Position numbers and translations under genes: made by a program. A DNA stretch of 63,978 nucleotides, filler included, from Octopus bimaculoides (taxonomy: Eukaryota): NCBI RefSeq assembly GCF_001194135.2. It is 7 parts of 6 records of this genome, joined end to end, with 100 filler letters (N's around TTAATTAATTAA, not from the genome) between each part and the next. Parts side by side here need not be neighbours in the genome. Positions count along the whole stretch, not along the records: positions 25,417 to 45,983 come from NC_068983.1; 6 more parts are not named here. The stretch is one strand, 5' to 3'. The notes beneath the pieces were generated by a model. It saw only the letters and a list, made by a program, of their open reading frames with translations, ran no database searches and had not been told where the DNA came from. Shown here in pieces: positions 25,560 through 37,899 of the stretch; the first letter of the stretch is position 1, and every line of letters starts with the position of its first letter.

Positions 25560-28101
25560 GTAAGTTTTTGCAAATATGAAAATATTACTTGTATATGATG
25601 TGCTATGAGGATTTATGGAAAGGTATCCCATAGAACTCAACAAATTTGTTAAAAATGGAGAAGAGAAGATGTTAAAATTTGAAAGATTTTTAATACATGC
25701 ATACGAACATTTCAAACAGCGATATTAATATGTAAATTCATGGTAGAATAATTAAATTAATTTGATTAAATTAAATTAATTACATATCACTATTCTTCTC
25801 AATGCAAGAAGTATAAACAAAAATTATTATTATTACAGAAGACTTCATGAAGGAAATAGCAGAGAACAAGTTCGGATATACATATTTATCCTTATGAAAA
25901 TTGAGAGCATACTAAAGAACGAGTGTCTAGTTGTGTATAAACTAAAACTGAGGCAGCTAACGGTTATTTGAAAATATAAGTGAAAAAGTTTTTAAGAGAC
26001 ATTTCCTCTAAAGAAGATACACACACACATGCACGCACAAACCCATATATATATTGGAAGGTTTGGAGGTGATGTACAGAAATTATATTATAGAAAAAAA
26101 TTAAGGTACTCAGAAATCTGGATGTTTGTACATTTACAGATTTTTATTAATGTCACATGTTTTATAAATTAAATAAAGCGCTTTTCACCTAATCGTGTAG
26201 GATTTTCAAATTGTTATATNNNNNNNNNNNNNNNNNNNNNNNNNNNNNNNNNNNNNNNNNNNNNNNNNNNNNNNNNNNNNNNNNNNNNNNNNNNNNNNNN
26301 NNNNNNNNNNNNNNNNNNNNNNNNNNNNNNNNNNNNNNNNNNNNNNNNNNNNNNNNNNNNNNNNNNNNNNNNNNNNNNNNNNNNNNNNNNNNNNNNNNNN
26401 NNNNNNNNNNNNNNATATATATATATATATACATACACCAGGTTAGGTTGAATTATATATACTGGGTACTGAAGTACATCCAGCAAAATATTCAGGTTAT
26501 ACATGCAGAGAATTTAACCCTTACGAGTATTTAACGCCTAGGGGCTGGTCCAAAGCGCACGTTGTGGTGATCACACGGTTTTTGCCATACTCTAGAATGT
26601 TGGATGGGTCATGAATCCCTTTTGGGGTTAATCTAAATCAAATAAATAAATAAACAAGAGACGATGGATAAATGTTAGTTCATTTATAGCTTTTCCTAAC
26701 GCATTTTTAATAGATGAATTGCATTTTTAATAGATCATTGCAAAAAACCGTTTTCATCAGATGATACATATAATTTCAAAGCAATAGAACAATTCATGAA
26801 TGCAGTGGGAACCTGCCTAGCCGCCAGCCGAAGCTGGTCTTGAATGAGATAAAAAAAAAAACATATGCAATAATGGCCGTTAAAGGAGTGGAAATACATT
26901 AAGATTTTAGTTAGCGAGTAGGGGTAATATGATATTTATAGCCAGAATTGAACCCAAGACAAAATAAAGGCAATTAAGAACTAGATACGAGTGCAATATA
27001 CCCTTGTTAAAGATTAAAATTAAAGAGAAGAGGGGAGAGATGCCGTTCAGAATTTAGGGTTATACAGGAGATGGTGGTTATGGTGGGACAGGGTTAAATT
27101 GAAACTCGGAAAATTAAGTCTAATTCTCGTAGATTGATAGTAGCTTGTGAGATTGTTTTTCATGGTAGAGTATAATAAAGGTAGCATATTAATAGAAATT
27201 CATTTTAGATTATAGACAAACATGTTTGTAATAAGAAGATGTGCACCTGAAATGGAATTATTGTAAATTATGTATAAGGAAATAACGGATCGTAGTATTA
27301 GTTTACTACCTGTCATTTCAATTATAGAGTTAAATTCTTGCTATTCCCATTCCTAATACTAGTGTAGTAAAACGAATAACACAAAGGTACATATATCATT
27401 ATCAGTTAAGTATATATGAGCATGTCTAGATATGCAACTATATGCATGAAAATGCATACATAAAACAAAACATATAAATCTATACGTATACATACATACA
27501 TATAAAAAATACCCTGCTGGTGTTGTTGAAATTCTGTTGAAGGAACCTTGGCTCTTTCCCTATTGCCAAGAAATTTTGAAGTAAAACTGAATGATGACAT
27601 ACTTATCTTAATAATACTAAAACTAAATGTTTGTTTGTACCCGAAATATCTCAGAAATAGTATATTTTATCTTAATGTCTTTTGCATATTTATTCATACT
27701 TACCTTCGGCAGTGCAATACATATTTTTGTGATATTTGGCCCTCTATTTATTGATGAAAACGATTAAACACAATTTTTGTTTGTTATTTCTTGACGAAAA
27801 AATATGGCTTCCATGACGTCAACACATATACACAAATACAGAATGCACACACATATAATGAATGTCATGGCTTCTCAATCAGCACAAATACACGTCAGCT
27901 ATCTGTGACATATACACACACATAGTCTTCGCGCTCTCTAAGAAAAAAAACGTCGATTTTTTGACGTTCACAATATTTTAATCATTTAGAAATATTTTTA
28001 ACTGAATGTGATTTCAAAAACGTAAGTTGTTTGTACAGTAAGTATTTATATTTTAGCTTTCTTTAAACATACAATATTTTTATGTTGTTTTTTAAAATTA
28101 T

Positions 28102-28395
28102 TTTCGCTTTGATTCTCAGCACTGTCATCCAGAGTTTGTTAATTTCCGTAAAAATGTTTTTATTTATTTACTTTTGTTTTAAAATGAAAGAGAGGAGAAA
28201 GCGAAAGATGTATGTACGTGTATATGAAATGGACCTGTGTGTGAGCAAGAGAAAGAGATAGAGGAAGAGAGAGAAAAGAGAGAGAGGAAGAGAGAGAAAA
28301 GAGAGAGAGAAAGAGTGAGTGAAGGGGTGTGTTGGCATGTATACGTACATACATCAATACATACGCGTACATCTTTTTTTGTATGTACGTGTGCA

Positions 28396-28428
<33 letters not shown>

Positions 28429-28762
28429 GGGGGAGTGAGTGAGTGAACGTGTGTGTTCTCATGTATGCGTAAGTAGCACTCTCTCTCTCTTCCTCTCTCT
28501 ATCTTTTCCTCTCTCTATCTTTTCCTCTCTCTCTTCCTCTCTCTCTTCCTCTTTCTCTCTCGCTTCCTCTCTCTATCTCTTCCTCTCTCTATCTCTTCCT
28601 CTCTCTCTCACACACACACGTCTATTTCATATGCACGTTCATACACCTTTCCCTTTCTCCTCTCTTTCACTTTAAAACAAAAGTAAATAAATAAAACATT
28701 TTACGGAAATTAACAAACAAAATCAGCTGATCCAGATGATAGTTCTGAAAGTCAAAGCGAAA
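28102..28762. mobile_element. Fold-back element / long-TIR MITE whose arms include (GA)n/(TC)n tracts
   Basis: 28102-~28320 is the reverse complement of ~28480-28762 (e.g. GTTTGTTAATTTCCGTAAAA..TGTTTT..TATTTATTTACTTTTGTTTTAAA), with scattered mismatches. Confidence 0.85.
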
Positions 28763-29864
28763 GATCGCCCCAAGGGAATACCATTACAAAGATTTTTTCG
28801 AGTGCATTCAACGTATCTCAGCTCCAAAGATTTGGCTGCTATTTCTAGCACTCCCTGCTACCACGTAACAGTTTTACGATAAAGGACCCAAAATATCTGT
28901 TACGTGGTAGATGTCACATTCGTTGAAAGCATGCGAAATAACCTGGAAAAGAAAAAACCTCACGAAACAAAATTCCATTGCTGGGAAACTCAGACTTTCC
29001 AGGTGACCCAACGGGTCTCGGGTAGTCTACTATGTCTATACTTCGCTACGACAATATTTTCAACCAGTGCTTCAATTTAGTGTATACACATATATTTACT
29101 CCAGTATTACAAAACCTTACGATCGTTTCGTGGCATGCGTTTGTATTGGGCGTGTTTTCCAGCCGATACAAATAGTCGCATTTCTCTCATGAGAAGTACA
29201 AATAAATCGATTAAAATTGTTGAAAAATTGAGAAAGCTTAAAATATCTCCTACTTACAGAACTTGAAGTTATATCGAGTAATGTTATATTCTTTACAAAA
29301 TCTTATAGTATTTTTTAAAAAGTTCGCAAGGATGTAGAAAGGCTTTGTGAAGTGGAAAAAGTTGTGAAGTAAAACATTTGTGCAAATAAAAATGAAATTA
29401 AGAATATTTGTAAAAATAAAATAAAATAAAATGAGGACTCAAATTTTGGGTTAAACCTGGTTAACCATATCAGACAGTTGGATTGCTGATAATTAAAGAT
29501 AGTAAATAATTAAAATAATCACTTTATTTTGATTATTTACTCTCTCTATATGCAGAATTTAGTGGGAACAGTCTAAAATCGGCTGGAAAACTTGCCTAAT
29601 ACAAACGCATTCCTAGAAACGATCGTAATGTTTTGTAATACTGCTTTTCTTTGGATTGTAATATTAGAGCACTTGAAACCTAATAACTCGATGAATTTTT
29701 TAATGTATTTTGTATTCCAATGATAAAAGAACTTGACCTACGAAAATCTGTTATCCACTTTGATTTTTGTTATATTTTGCTCATATTGAGCACTAATTAG
29801 GTGCGCTCCAACAAAGGTTTTCCTTTTTTTCTTATTATTCTAAATACATACATACATACATACA

Positions 29865-29897
<33 letters not shown>

Positions 29898-29926
29898 TTA
29901 TACACACACACACACACACACACACA

Positions 29927-30660
29927 CAAGGTGCGATGAGTAAATTGTCGCCATTTTATAATTTTTAATTTTGCGCATGTGCATTGTTTGTTTTTGATTT
30001 TGTTGACTACACAGTATAGTAGGTTCAGTTGAGCACCGTCTGTGAGAAAACACCACCATGACAAAATTCACTCTGCCAGAAATTTGGAAACGACTGCTTG
30101 GCATTCGCGCCGGAAGTTCCAATACGAAAATTTCAGCATGTTTGGGTATCAATATGAGGACAGTGCAGATGATTCGGAAAGAGTTGAATTAGTCTAATGG
30201 CAATTACGAAGGTACAGCAGTTCGAAAAACTCACTCTGATCGTTCTGATAAGAAAATAACTCCTGAATTTGTTGGTGAGATCCAAGCCATGATTGAGAAT
30301 GATCTCTCCAAGTCAATCAGGTCCATCATCAGAGACACGGGAGTGTCTGAGTTCCTTATCAGGTGGGTAGTGCATGAAGACATTCGGTATTCCTCATACA
30401 AGATGAGAAAGGGCCAATTTTTATCACAAGCCATCAAGAACAAGAGGTAAGACCGCGTTACGAAGCTTTTGAACAAACTCAAACATCCCTTACAACCGAA
30501 CATGCTTTGATTTTTCTCATGCGAGAAAAATTTCTGCGAGGATCAGATGGTGAACACACAGAGAAGAACCATAGGCTTGCCGTGTCCCCAAGACATGTAC
30601 CGAGGGTGATAAAAATCGAACATTCAGTCAACATCATGGTGTTTGGAATGATCACGACTT
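29927..30660 (+). pseudogene. maT/DD37D-like (Tc1/mariner) transposase pseudogene, left part of element
   Basis: Left end CAAGGTGCGATGAG after TA/(CA)n. ATG at 30058, HTH-like N-terminus, RYSSYKMRKGQFL, FFS(C)EKNF (first catalytic D mutated), NIMVFGMI. Ends just before the gap. Confidence 0.8.
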
Positions 30661-31305
30661 TATGCTTCCATTCAACTTTCCNNNNNNNNNNNNNNNNNNN
30701 NNNNNNNNNNNNNNNNNNNNNNNNNNNNNNNNNNNNNNNNNNNNNNNNNNNNNNNNNNNNNNNNNNNNNNNNNNNNNNNNNNNNNNNNNNNNNNNNNNNN
30801 NNNNNNNNNNNNNNNNNNNNNNNNNNNNNNNNNNNNNNNNNNNNNNNNNNNNNNNNNNNNNNNNNNNNNNNNNNNNNNNNNNNNNNNNNNNNNNNNNNNN
30901 NNNNNNNNNNNNNNNNNNNNNNNNNNNNNNNNNNNNNNNNNNNNNNNNNNNNNNNNNNNNNNNNNNNNNNNNNNNNNNNNNNNNNNNNNNNNNNNNNNNN
31001 NNNNNNNNNNNNNNNNNNNNNNNNNNNNNNNNNNNNNNNNNNNNNNNNNNNNNNNNNNNNNNNNNNNNNNNNNNNNNNNNNNNNNNNNNNNNNNNNNNNN
31101 NNNNNNNNNNNNNNNNNNNNNNNNNNNNNNNNNNNNNNNNNNNNNNNNNNNNNNNNNNNNNNNNNNNNNNNNNNNNNNNNNNNNNNNNNNNNNNNNNNNN
31201 NNNNNNNNNNNNNNNNNNNNNNNNNNNNNNNNNNNNNNNNNNNNNNNNNNNNNNNNNNNNNNNNNNNNNNNNNNNNNNNNNNNNNNNNNNNNNNNNNNNN
31301 NNNNN

Positions 31306-31480
31306 NATACTCCACCGCTTAACAACCGGTGTTGATGGGTTTGTGTTCCTATAACTTGGCGGTTCGGCAAAAGAAGACAATGAAATAAGTACCAAGCTTT
31401 AAAAAGAAGTACTGGGGTCGATTCATTCAACTAAAAGTTCTTCAAATGGGTGTCCCAGCATGGCCGTAGTCTAATGACAA
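31306..31480 (-). mobile_element. SINE family C
   Basis: Homology to other copies. Confidence 0.75.
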
Positions 31481-31548
31481 GTAAAAAGTAGATGTGTGTC
31501 TGTGTCTGTCTGTCCGTGTGTGTGCCTGTGTGTGTGTGTGTGTGTGTA

Positions 31549-31581
<33 letters not shown>

Positions 31582-33194
31582 TTACATATATACATAATGC
31601 ACTAGTGCACTATGCACTAAAACATGGGCACACACTGTTAACTGTTAACCACCAATTCTTTTTCTCTTTGCCTTCCTAAAAGATTCTTTTCAATATCTGA
31701 TAAGGTGGATACATCGAAACTGTTTATATCTTAAATCACCTACAGTAGCAAAAATATTAAACATTCTCTAAAATATACTTTTGTGCCTTTTCCAACTTAA
31801 CTTATTTTTTTAACCATATATATATAAAGATAAAAGATATATACATCTCTATGTGTATACACATGTACACACACGCGTATGTGTAAGTGTGCGCTTTGTA
31901 TGTGCACGCGTATTTAATTTCAGTAAAATATATTGCAGAGTGAAATTGAATTAAAACTTACAGCGTACCTCTACATGACGAACTTGACACAATGTTCTCC
32001 GCTCTAGTCAGAAACAAGGTTGTAAACATGTTGAAGTGATAAAAGGAAGTGAAAACTTTTCTCTAAAATGTTCAACAAATAAATCCAATTTGCCTTTTTG
32101 TTATATTAGAATAAATGCTGACTTACGTTTGCGTATTTATTATTGCGTTTCCCCTTATTTCAATTTTAAAATGCAGTATCCCAATAATGTCCTAGTAATA
32201 TCCGTATCAGCATTTACTTTCTTTCTGAGAATGAGTGAAAGAATGATATGACAGAGATAGTCCTGCTGCTTTTGAATTGACTTCGGTTGCATTTTCTTTA
32301 TATAGTGAGATACCATCATCATCACCATAATATATTCAATTCATTCTTAGCTACTAGTGTTAATCGATGGTTGCTAAGATTGGATATAGTAATTTACCTA
32401 AGTATGTTCATGCAAATACGCTCATGCATGCGTGCTTGAGCTCTCTCTCTCTCACACACACATACACACGCACACACAATACACAATGCATATGCACACA
32501 AATTTTGACGCATTTATGTATGCATATAGATACTAATGGAAGTGAAGATACATACATTCATTTAAATACATTATTTCAGCCAGGAACCTCTGAGCAACTG
32601 TATTTTACAAGGCCCTTAGTGGTCTTTATTATAATATCTTTAGTCTCTTAACTGATCGAGTGCTATAAAATTATTGAACCTCACACCATACATACATATG
32701 AATATATGTCTGTGTAATCATATACGTATTTCTATGCATCAATATAATTGCATTCAAATATAAATTTAGAAAGTCGTAAATATATCATTTAATAAGAAAG
32801 AAAACTTTGTCAAAAACCACACTTCACGAAGTTTTGCTATGTTTTACAGAACTGTGTTAATGTGGAAACCGCCATTTTAAAATAAGTTCACGGATTTCAT
32901 AAAAATCTATCAATCTAATTATGGAAGATAACTCATGTTTTTGTTTGTAAACAGCTGCAAACAATATCTAATGATTCAAACGGTAACATAAATTTTTTAT
33001 CGAATTTAAAAACCGTGACGCTGAAACAGCTCTCAGCTGGGATGAATTCAATAAAGAAAATGCCGGTTGAAATTTATAGATGGTACATGTCGTACTGATG
33101 TGATCCAACAAGATCGGAGTAGCAGCTATGTACAAATGTTAAGGACTCTATGATTAAAAGAAAAGTTTAAAGATAAAACATTTTTAGTGTGTTA

Positions 33195-33935
33195 CTAATG
33201 TAGTATGTGTGGTGCGATGGAGGAAGAAGACAACAAGAAGCAAAAGGACAGAATAAAGCGTTGGACCTTACCTTGCCGACCGCAGCGGGGTACACGATCG
33301 CTCCTAACCAGAACACGTCTTTCTCGTAACGTCGCTGTTTTCTCACTGGCCCCACGTGTTAGCCTTCGACCGCGTGTCGCCGACTTCCGATCTGACCCTT
33401 CCGGTTTGGCCCTTCCGGTCTGGCTTCACCTCTGTTTGCCTCACCCCTCTCCACCACAACACATAGCTCGTCACAGCCCAAACACCACAGTATGTAAGCA
33501 ATGTGGAAAGTTACCAATTTAGTGTGAGTGGTCATTAATTTTGAAATATGCAAATGTTATGAATGTCAGAAGGCATGTTTGTAAAGGAAACATTGTAACT
33601 TTATTTGAAGTGTAATGAGAGCTGACAAGGGATGAACGAAGCGGGTGTCAGAGGAAAGCGATAAAACTTACTATTGGACAAATGGTTTAGAAGCTTGTGG
33701 CGTTAAGGTGGTGTGAAATACAAAAAAGACAGGCTCCATTTTAGAGAAACGATGTGGTCCATGTCGTGTCCATCCGCTGACTGTCCAAAAATCGTGCGCC
33801 AACCAATAGGGAAGGTAACTGCTCATTAGTATTCTTACGCGCCCTACTCTGATTGGTTGAAGTTGCGGGAGTGGGGCTTGTAACTTCTTTATATGTCTTC
33901 CCTGTTCCTCCTTCTCCTGACCACATTGTACTGCG
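33195..33935. other. CpG-rich island: LTR-like relic or promoter (unresolved)
   Basis: Visibly GC/CpG-rich versus flanks. AATAAA at ~33253, E-box CACGTG at 33353-33358, three GGAA/ETS cores 14 bp apart, CCAAT boxes, minus-strand donor AAG|GTAAGG at 33272. Flanked by diverged ~54-bp direct repeats. Confidence 0.4.
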
Positions 33936-34471
33936 GAGATCAAAATAGCAGCTCTATACGAATGTTAAGGATTCTATGGTTAAAAGAAAAACAGAAATTT
34001 ATATAATCAAATAGATGCGTATAGATAATATACTTCTTATTTCACTAAAGATAAAATTGAATAAAACAAAATGTCATATAAATTCACAAGACCAATAGAA
34101 ATAACCAATTAACGAACTATAAAATTACAAGTGAAAAGAGATTTGTTTATTTCACATCAGTTACACACTAAACAAAACACCGTTTAAATATTAAACGAGA
34201 TGCAGTCTGCTTGAAAAAAAATTAGTTGTCACTCCTACAAGATCTTTAGTTATAGATCTACTAGATAAGGACTAACTTGGGGCTAATTAATAACTAATAA
34301 CTTCAAATCTATAAGCTGCATAGGATAGTTTGAAAAATAATGCAATCATTGTAAAGATTACATAATATTCAATTGAATATTTGGAGAATAATACAGAAGA
34401 CATTGTCTTCATGTACACCAAGTTGAACTTAGTACGGCAAGAAAATGAAACTCTTTAACTATACAGTTCAC

Positions 34472-36751
34472 AAGAGCTGGGCGTAAGCCCGTTAATCCAT
34501 TAATCGTTAATTAACGAAGTTAGCATTTTCGTTAACGATTTAAATTTTAAGTTAACTTTGAAAATCATTATCGGACTAATTAACTTCCGTTACATTTAGC
34601 TTCCGTTAACTCAAGTCCGTTAACCCCAAAATTTCATAAAAACCGGTAAACGTTTAAAAGTTTCTATTGTTTTCAGATTGTCTTAGCATATTTAATATTG
34701 TACGCGTCATTCTTTCAACCACTCATTTGGATCTGCCTGGATTTGAAACCAAATCCACCCGCTTGTTACTTGCAAAGACAGCGGGAAATTTTTTTGTCCT
34801 GTCAAGAAGGAACAGTGATTNNNNNNNNNNNNNNNNNNNNNNNNNNNNNNNNNNNNNNNNNNNNNNNNNNNNNNNNNNNNNNNNNNNNNNNNNNNNNNNN
34901 NNNNNNNNNNNNNNNNNNNNNNNNNNNNNNNNNNNNNNNNNNNNNNNNNNNNNNNNNNNNNNNNNNNNNNNNNNNAAAATATTGACTTCCATAAAGTGGA
35001 AAAAATAAATAGAAGCAAAAAAGTTGGTAAATATTTCGATTTGAACACAAATAGCTGTTACGTGGAAGCAGGGCATGCTAGAAATAGCAGCCAAATTTTT
35101 CCTTTTCTGGAAAAAGCAGCCGTTTACGTGTGATTTCGATCTCACATTCATTGAAAGCATGCAAAATAACCTGGAAAAGAAAAAAAGACCCGTGAAACAA
35201 AACTCCCTTGGTGGGAAACTTCGCAGTCCCAACTTCCTCTCCCACCTTTCTTTTTCGGAAAAAAAAAGTGGCTTGCGGCGGGTTTGGCGGTCAGATACGT
35301 TGAATGCACCTGAAAAAAACTGGAAAATTTTTTTCCACAACGATGTACGAAATATTTACCGAAAGAATAAAATCTTGTACCAAATACACCTGTATTTCAA
35401 TTAATTCAAATTAATGTACTTTATCTTGAAAAGTGGCAAAATTTTTGTCGGTTGCCATCTGAGCTAATTTTAGCAAATGAAACAAGTAATCAAACATCAA
35501 ACATTAAGAATTTCAATTTTAGTGTTTATACATAATGTTATTGCTTTTACACCTGTTATTTAAATTTGCCTGCCCATAAAAGTCAAATTTGCTCAGCGAG
35601 ATCAGCTAAAGTTACATAACTATAAACCAGCGGTATATAAAGAACCCACTGACATAATTTCAAATCTGTATGTAAAAATTTACAAAGTTACAAGCAAATA
35701 TTGTGGACATCCGTCTTGAACCTGAATAATTCAAAATAACGTGAGCAAACAAGCATTACATTTGACAGATTAATACGAACACTAAAGATGCTTTTGTTTT
35801 TTTGTTACACACATACATAACACGACCTCACTCGGTTGGAACTACACGTGTGTTACTTTGAAATCATCAATCCACAAAATTTGTTTATGGGGAGGAAAAA
35901 TATTGAAAAATATCAATAGATATGTGAGAAAGAAACGAGGAGAGAGGTTTTGGGATGTGCTAGAAACAACAGCCAGATCTCCCTTAAAATCACACTTTTT
36001 CCTCTGAAATTATTAACAATTTTTTTTTTAACCGAAAATGTTTCTCTCACGGGTTTTAAGTGCGTAGTGAAAAAAATGGCCAAAATCGTTTCGAACTGGG
36101 GTGGTGAGGGGGTGGCAGGAGTGATAAAAAAAATTTTCCCAAATTTTTTTCTTTCGTTATCGGGAAAAGATGCCTCCCATCATTCTGAAGACTTTGGTGA
36201 AAAACATTGGAAAAAATCCTCGTGAAAACGGAGAGATTCCAACTTATGTGGGTCGTCTGATCCGAAACTCCGTTTTCCAGAAACTCCCACCCCATTTCAA
36301 AAATTTTGCCTACAAATTTCTTTGTAATCGTAATCTTCACCGTTTGAAAGGTATTTGTATAAAATTTCATGAAAAAATACTTATTTTCCAGAAAGCTATG
36401 AGGAGAAAAATGTCGAGTCCTGTGAATTTTTCGGAACTCCTCTCTCCAACCCCCCAGAAAGGTTTTTTTCAACAAATATCTACATACATTCCATCTACAG
36501 GTATAAGCAATTATATGGCGAAAGTTATGTTAAAAAGTATCCATTTTTCTGGATACTTTTTAACGCAACTTGTGGGGTATTAAACTGTAGTTATGCCTTT
36601 TTTTTCAATAAAAGTTAACGTTAATCCATTAACGTTAACTTCCGTTATATTTTCAAAGAATTAACAGATTAACGATGAACGAAGTTAGCCTTTTGGTTAA
36701 CAGATTAACGATTAACGAAGTTAACTTTTCGATTAACGGTGTCCACCGATG
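34472..36751. mobile_element. Putative non-autonomous hAT-like element (~2.3 kb) with subterminal GTTAAC/TTAACG motif arrays
   Basis: Both ends (~34472-34625, ~36610-36751) consist of interspersed GTTAAC, ATTAACG, AACGAAGTTA and AACTTCCGTTA motifs. Weak terminal similarity (AGAGCTGGGC vs reverse complement CATCGGTGGAC); no TSD found. Confidence 0.5.
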
Positions 36752-37151
36752 GATCGCATATCTGTACAACAGTTCTATTTAAAACTAGGACAACGTGAAG
36801 GTTTGCTTTGTGTATAACAGTAAGACATCGTCACTGCAATTATGGTACATTAGAACATATAAATCCAACAATAGGGCTCAGCATTGTGAGCCAACGAAAC
36901 ACTTCGCCAATTTCGAGTGTTTCGAGTGACATATCCCTTCTTGAGATCTCATGACTGAGACATTTGAATATTGATCATAAATACAGTGCAGAACCAGTGA
37001 CAGGATACGAATTATGACTTCGGCTAGCGTCCAATATAGTTCAAGAAAATTTTGAAGGAAGACATTTTAAATGAAAAGAAAAAAATACTCCTACAATCTC
37101 TAGTGACTTTGAAAACATTCGCAGTAAAAGTATGTCATATGGTACATTTGG

Positions 37152-37185
<34 letters not shown>

Positions 37186-37899
37186 GTTGAGCATCAATAT
37201 TTGTCTGTTGGTGGGTGTTTAATGACAGTAGTGACTGTGGTAAAAAAAAAGAGAAAACTAAAATAATTAGATTCACTCCCCACTGCATTTCGTATTTAGA
37301 TAATCTTCCCGAATTAAATTTCAATTTTGATCAGTATTAGTCATTTAGAAAATTATGTTCTCACTGACAATGGTGCAATTTTTATTAATTAAAATTTTAT
37401 TGTTTATGCATATAGTATAAAAACTTCCTGAATACACTTTATTATCAAATGCATTGAAAATTTACTGGTTTGAGTTTACAAATTACTCTATATTTGTCGG
37501 GCGTAATTCACACCAGGCACCTTGTAATGACATGTGCCAGCAAAATAACATTTGTTCAAAAGCAAAAAGTTTATCATTAGGCTAGCTTTGATTGTTTCGA
37601 CTTATGAACAAAGCTATTCCAGTTGTGCCAACCTCGTCTTGTTTTTACGGGCACAGTAATATCTAACAGTATATTATCTACTGTCCGGCTCTGTTTAAAA
37701 CAAGTAGGATATAATTTGAAGGAAATAAGATTTACAGTTATAATTTTCTCGGCAAGTGACTACGTAGAGGCTCCCTCTATTTCAGTTTCAAGATTTTTAA
37801 GTGTTCTGATTGAAAATTGAGAATCAGATTAAACCGAATATTACGAGAATATAAGCTCATGTATCATTCTATAGAAAGTAAACTTATCTACAATTTAAG

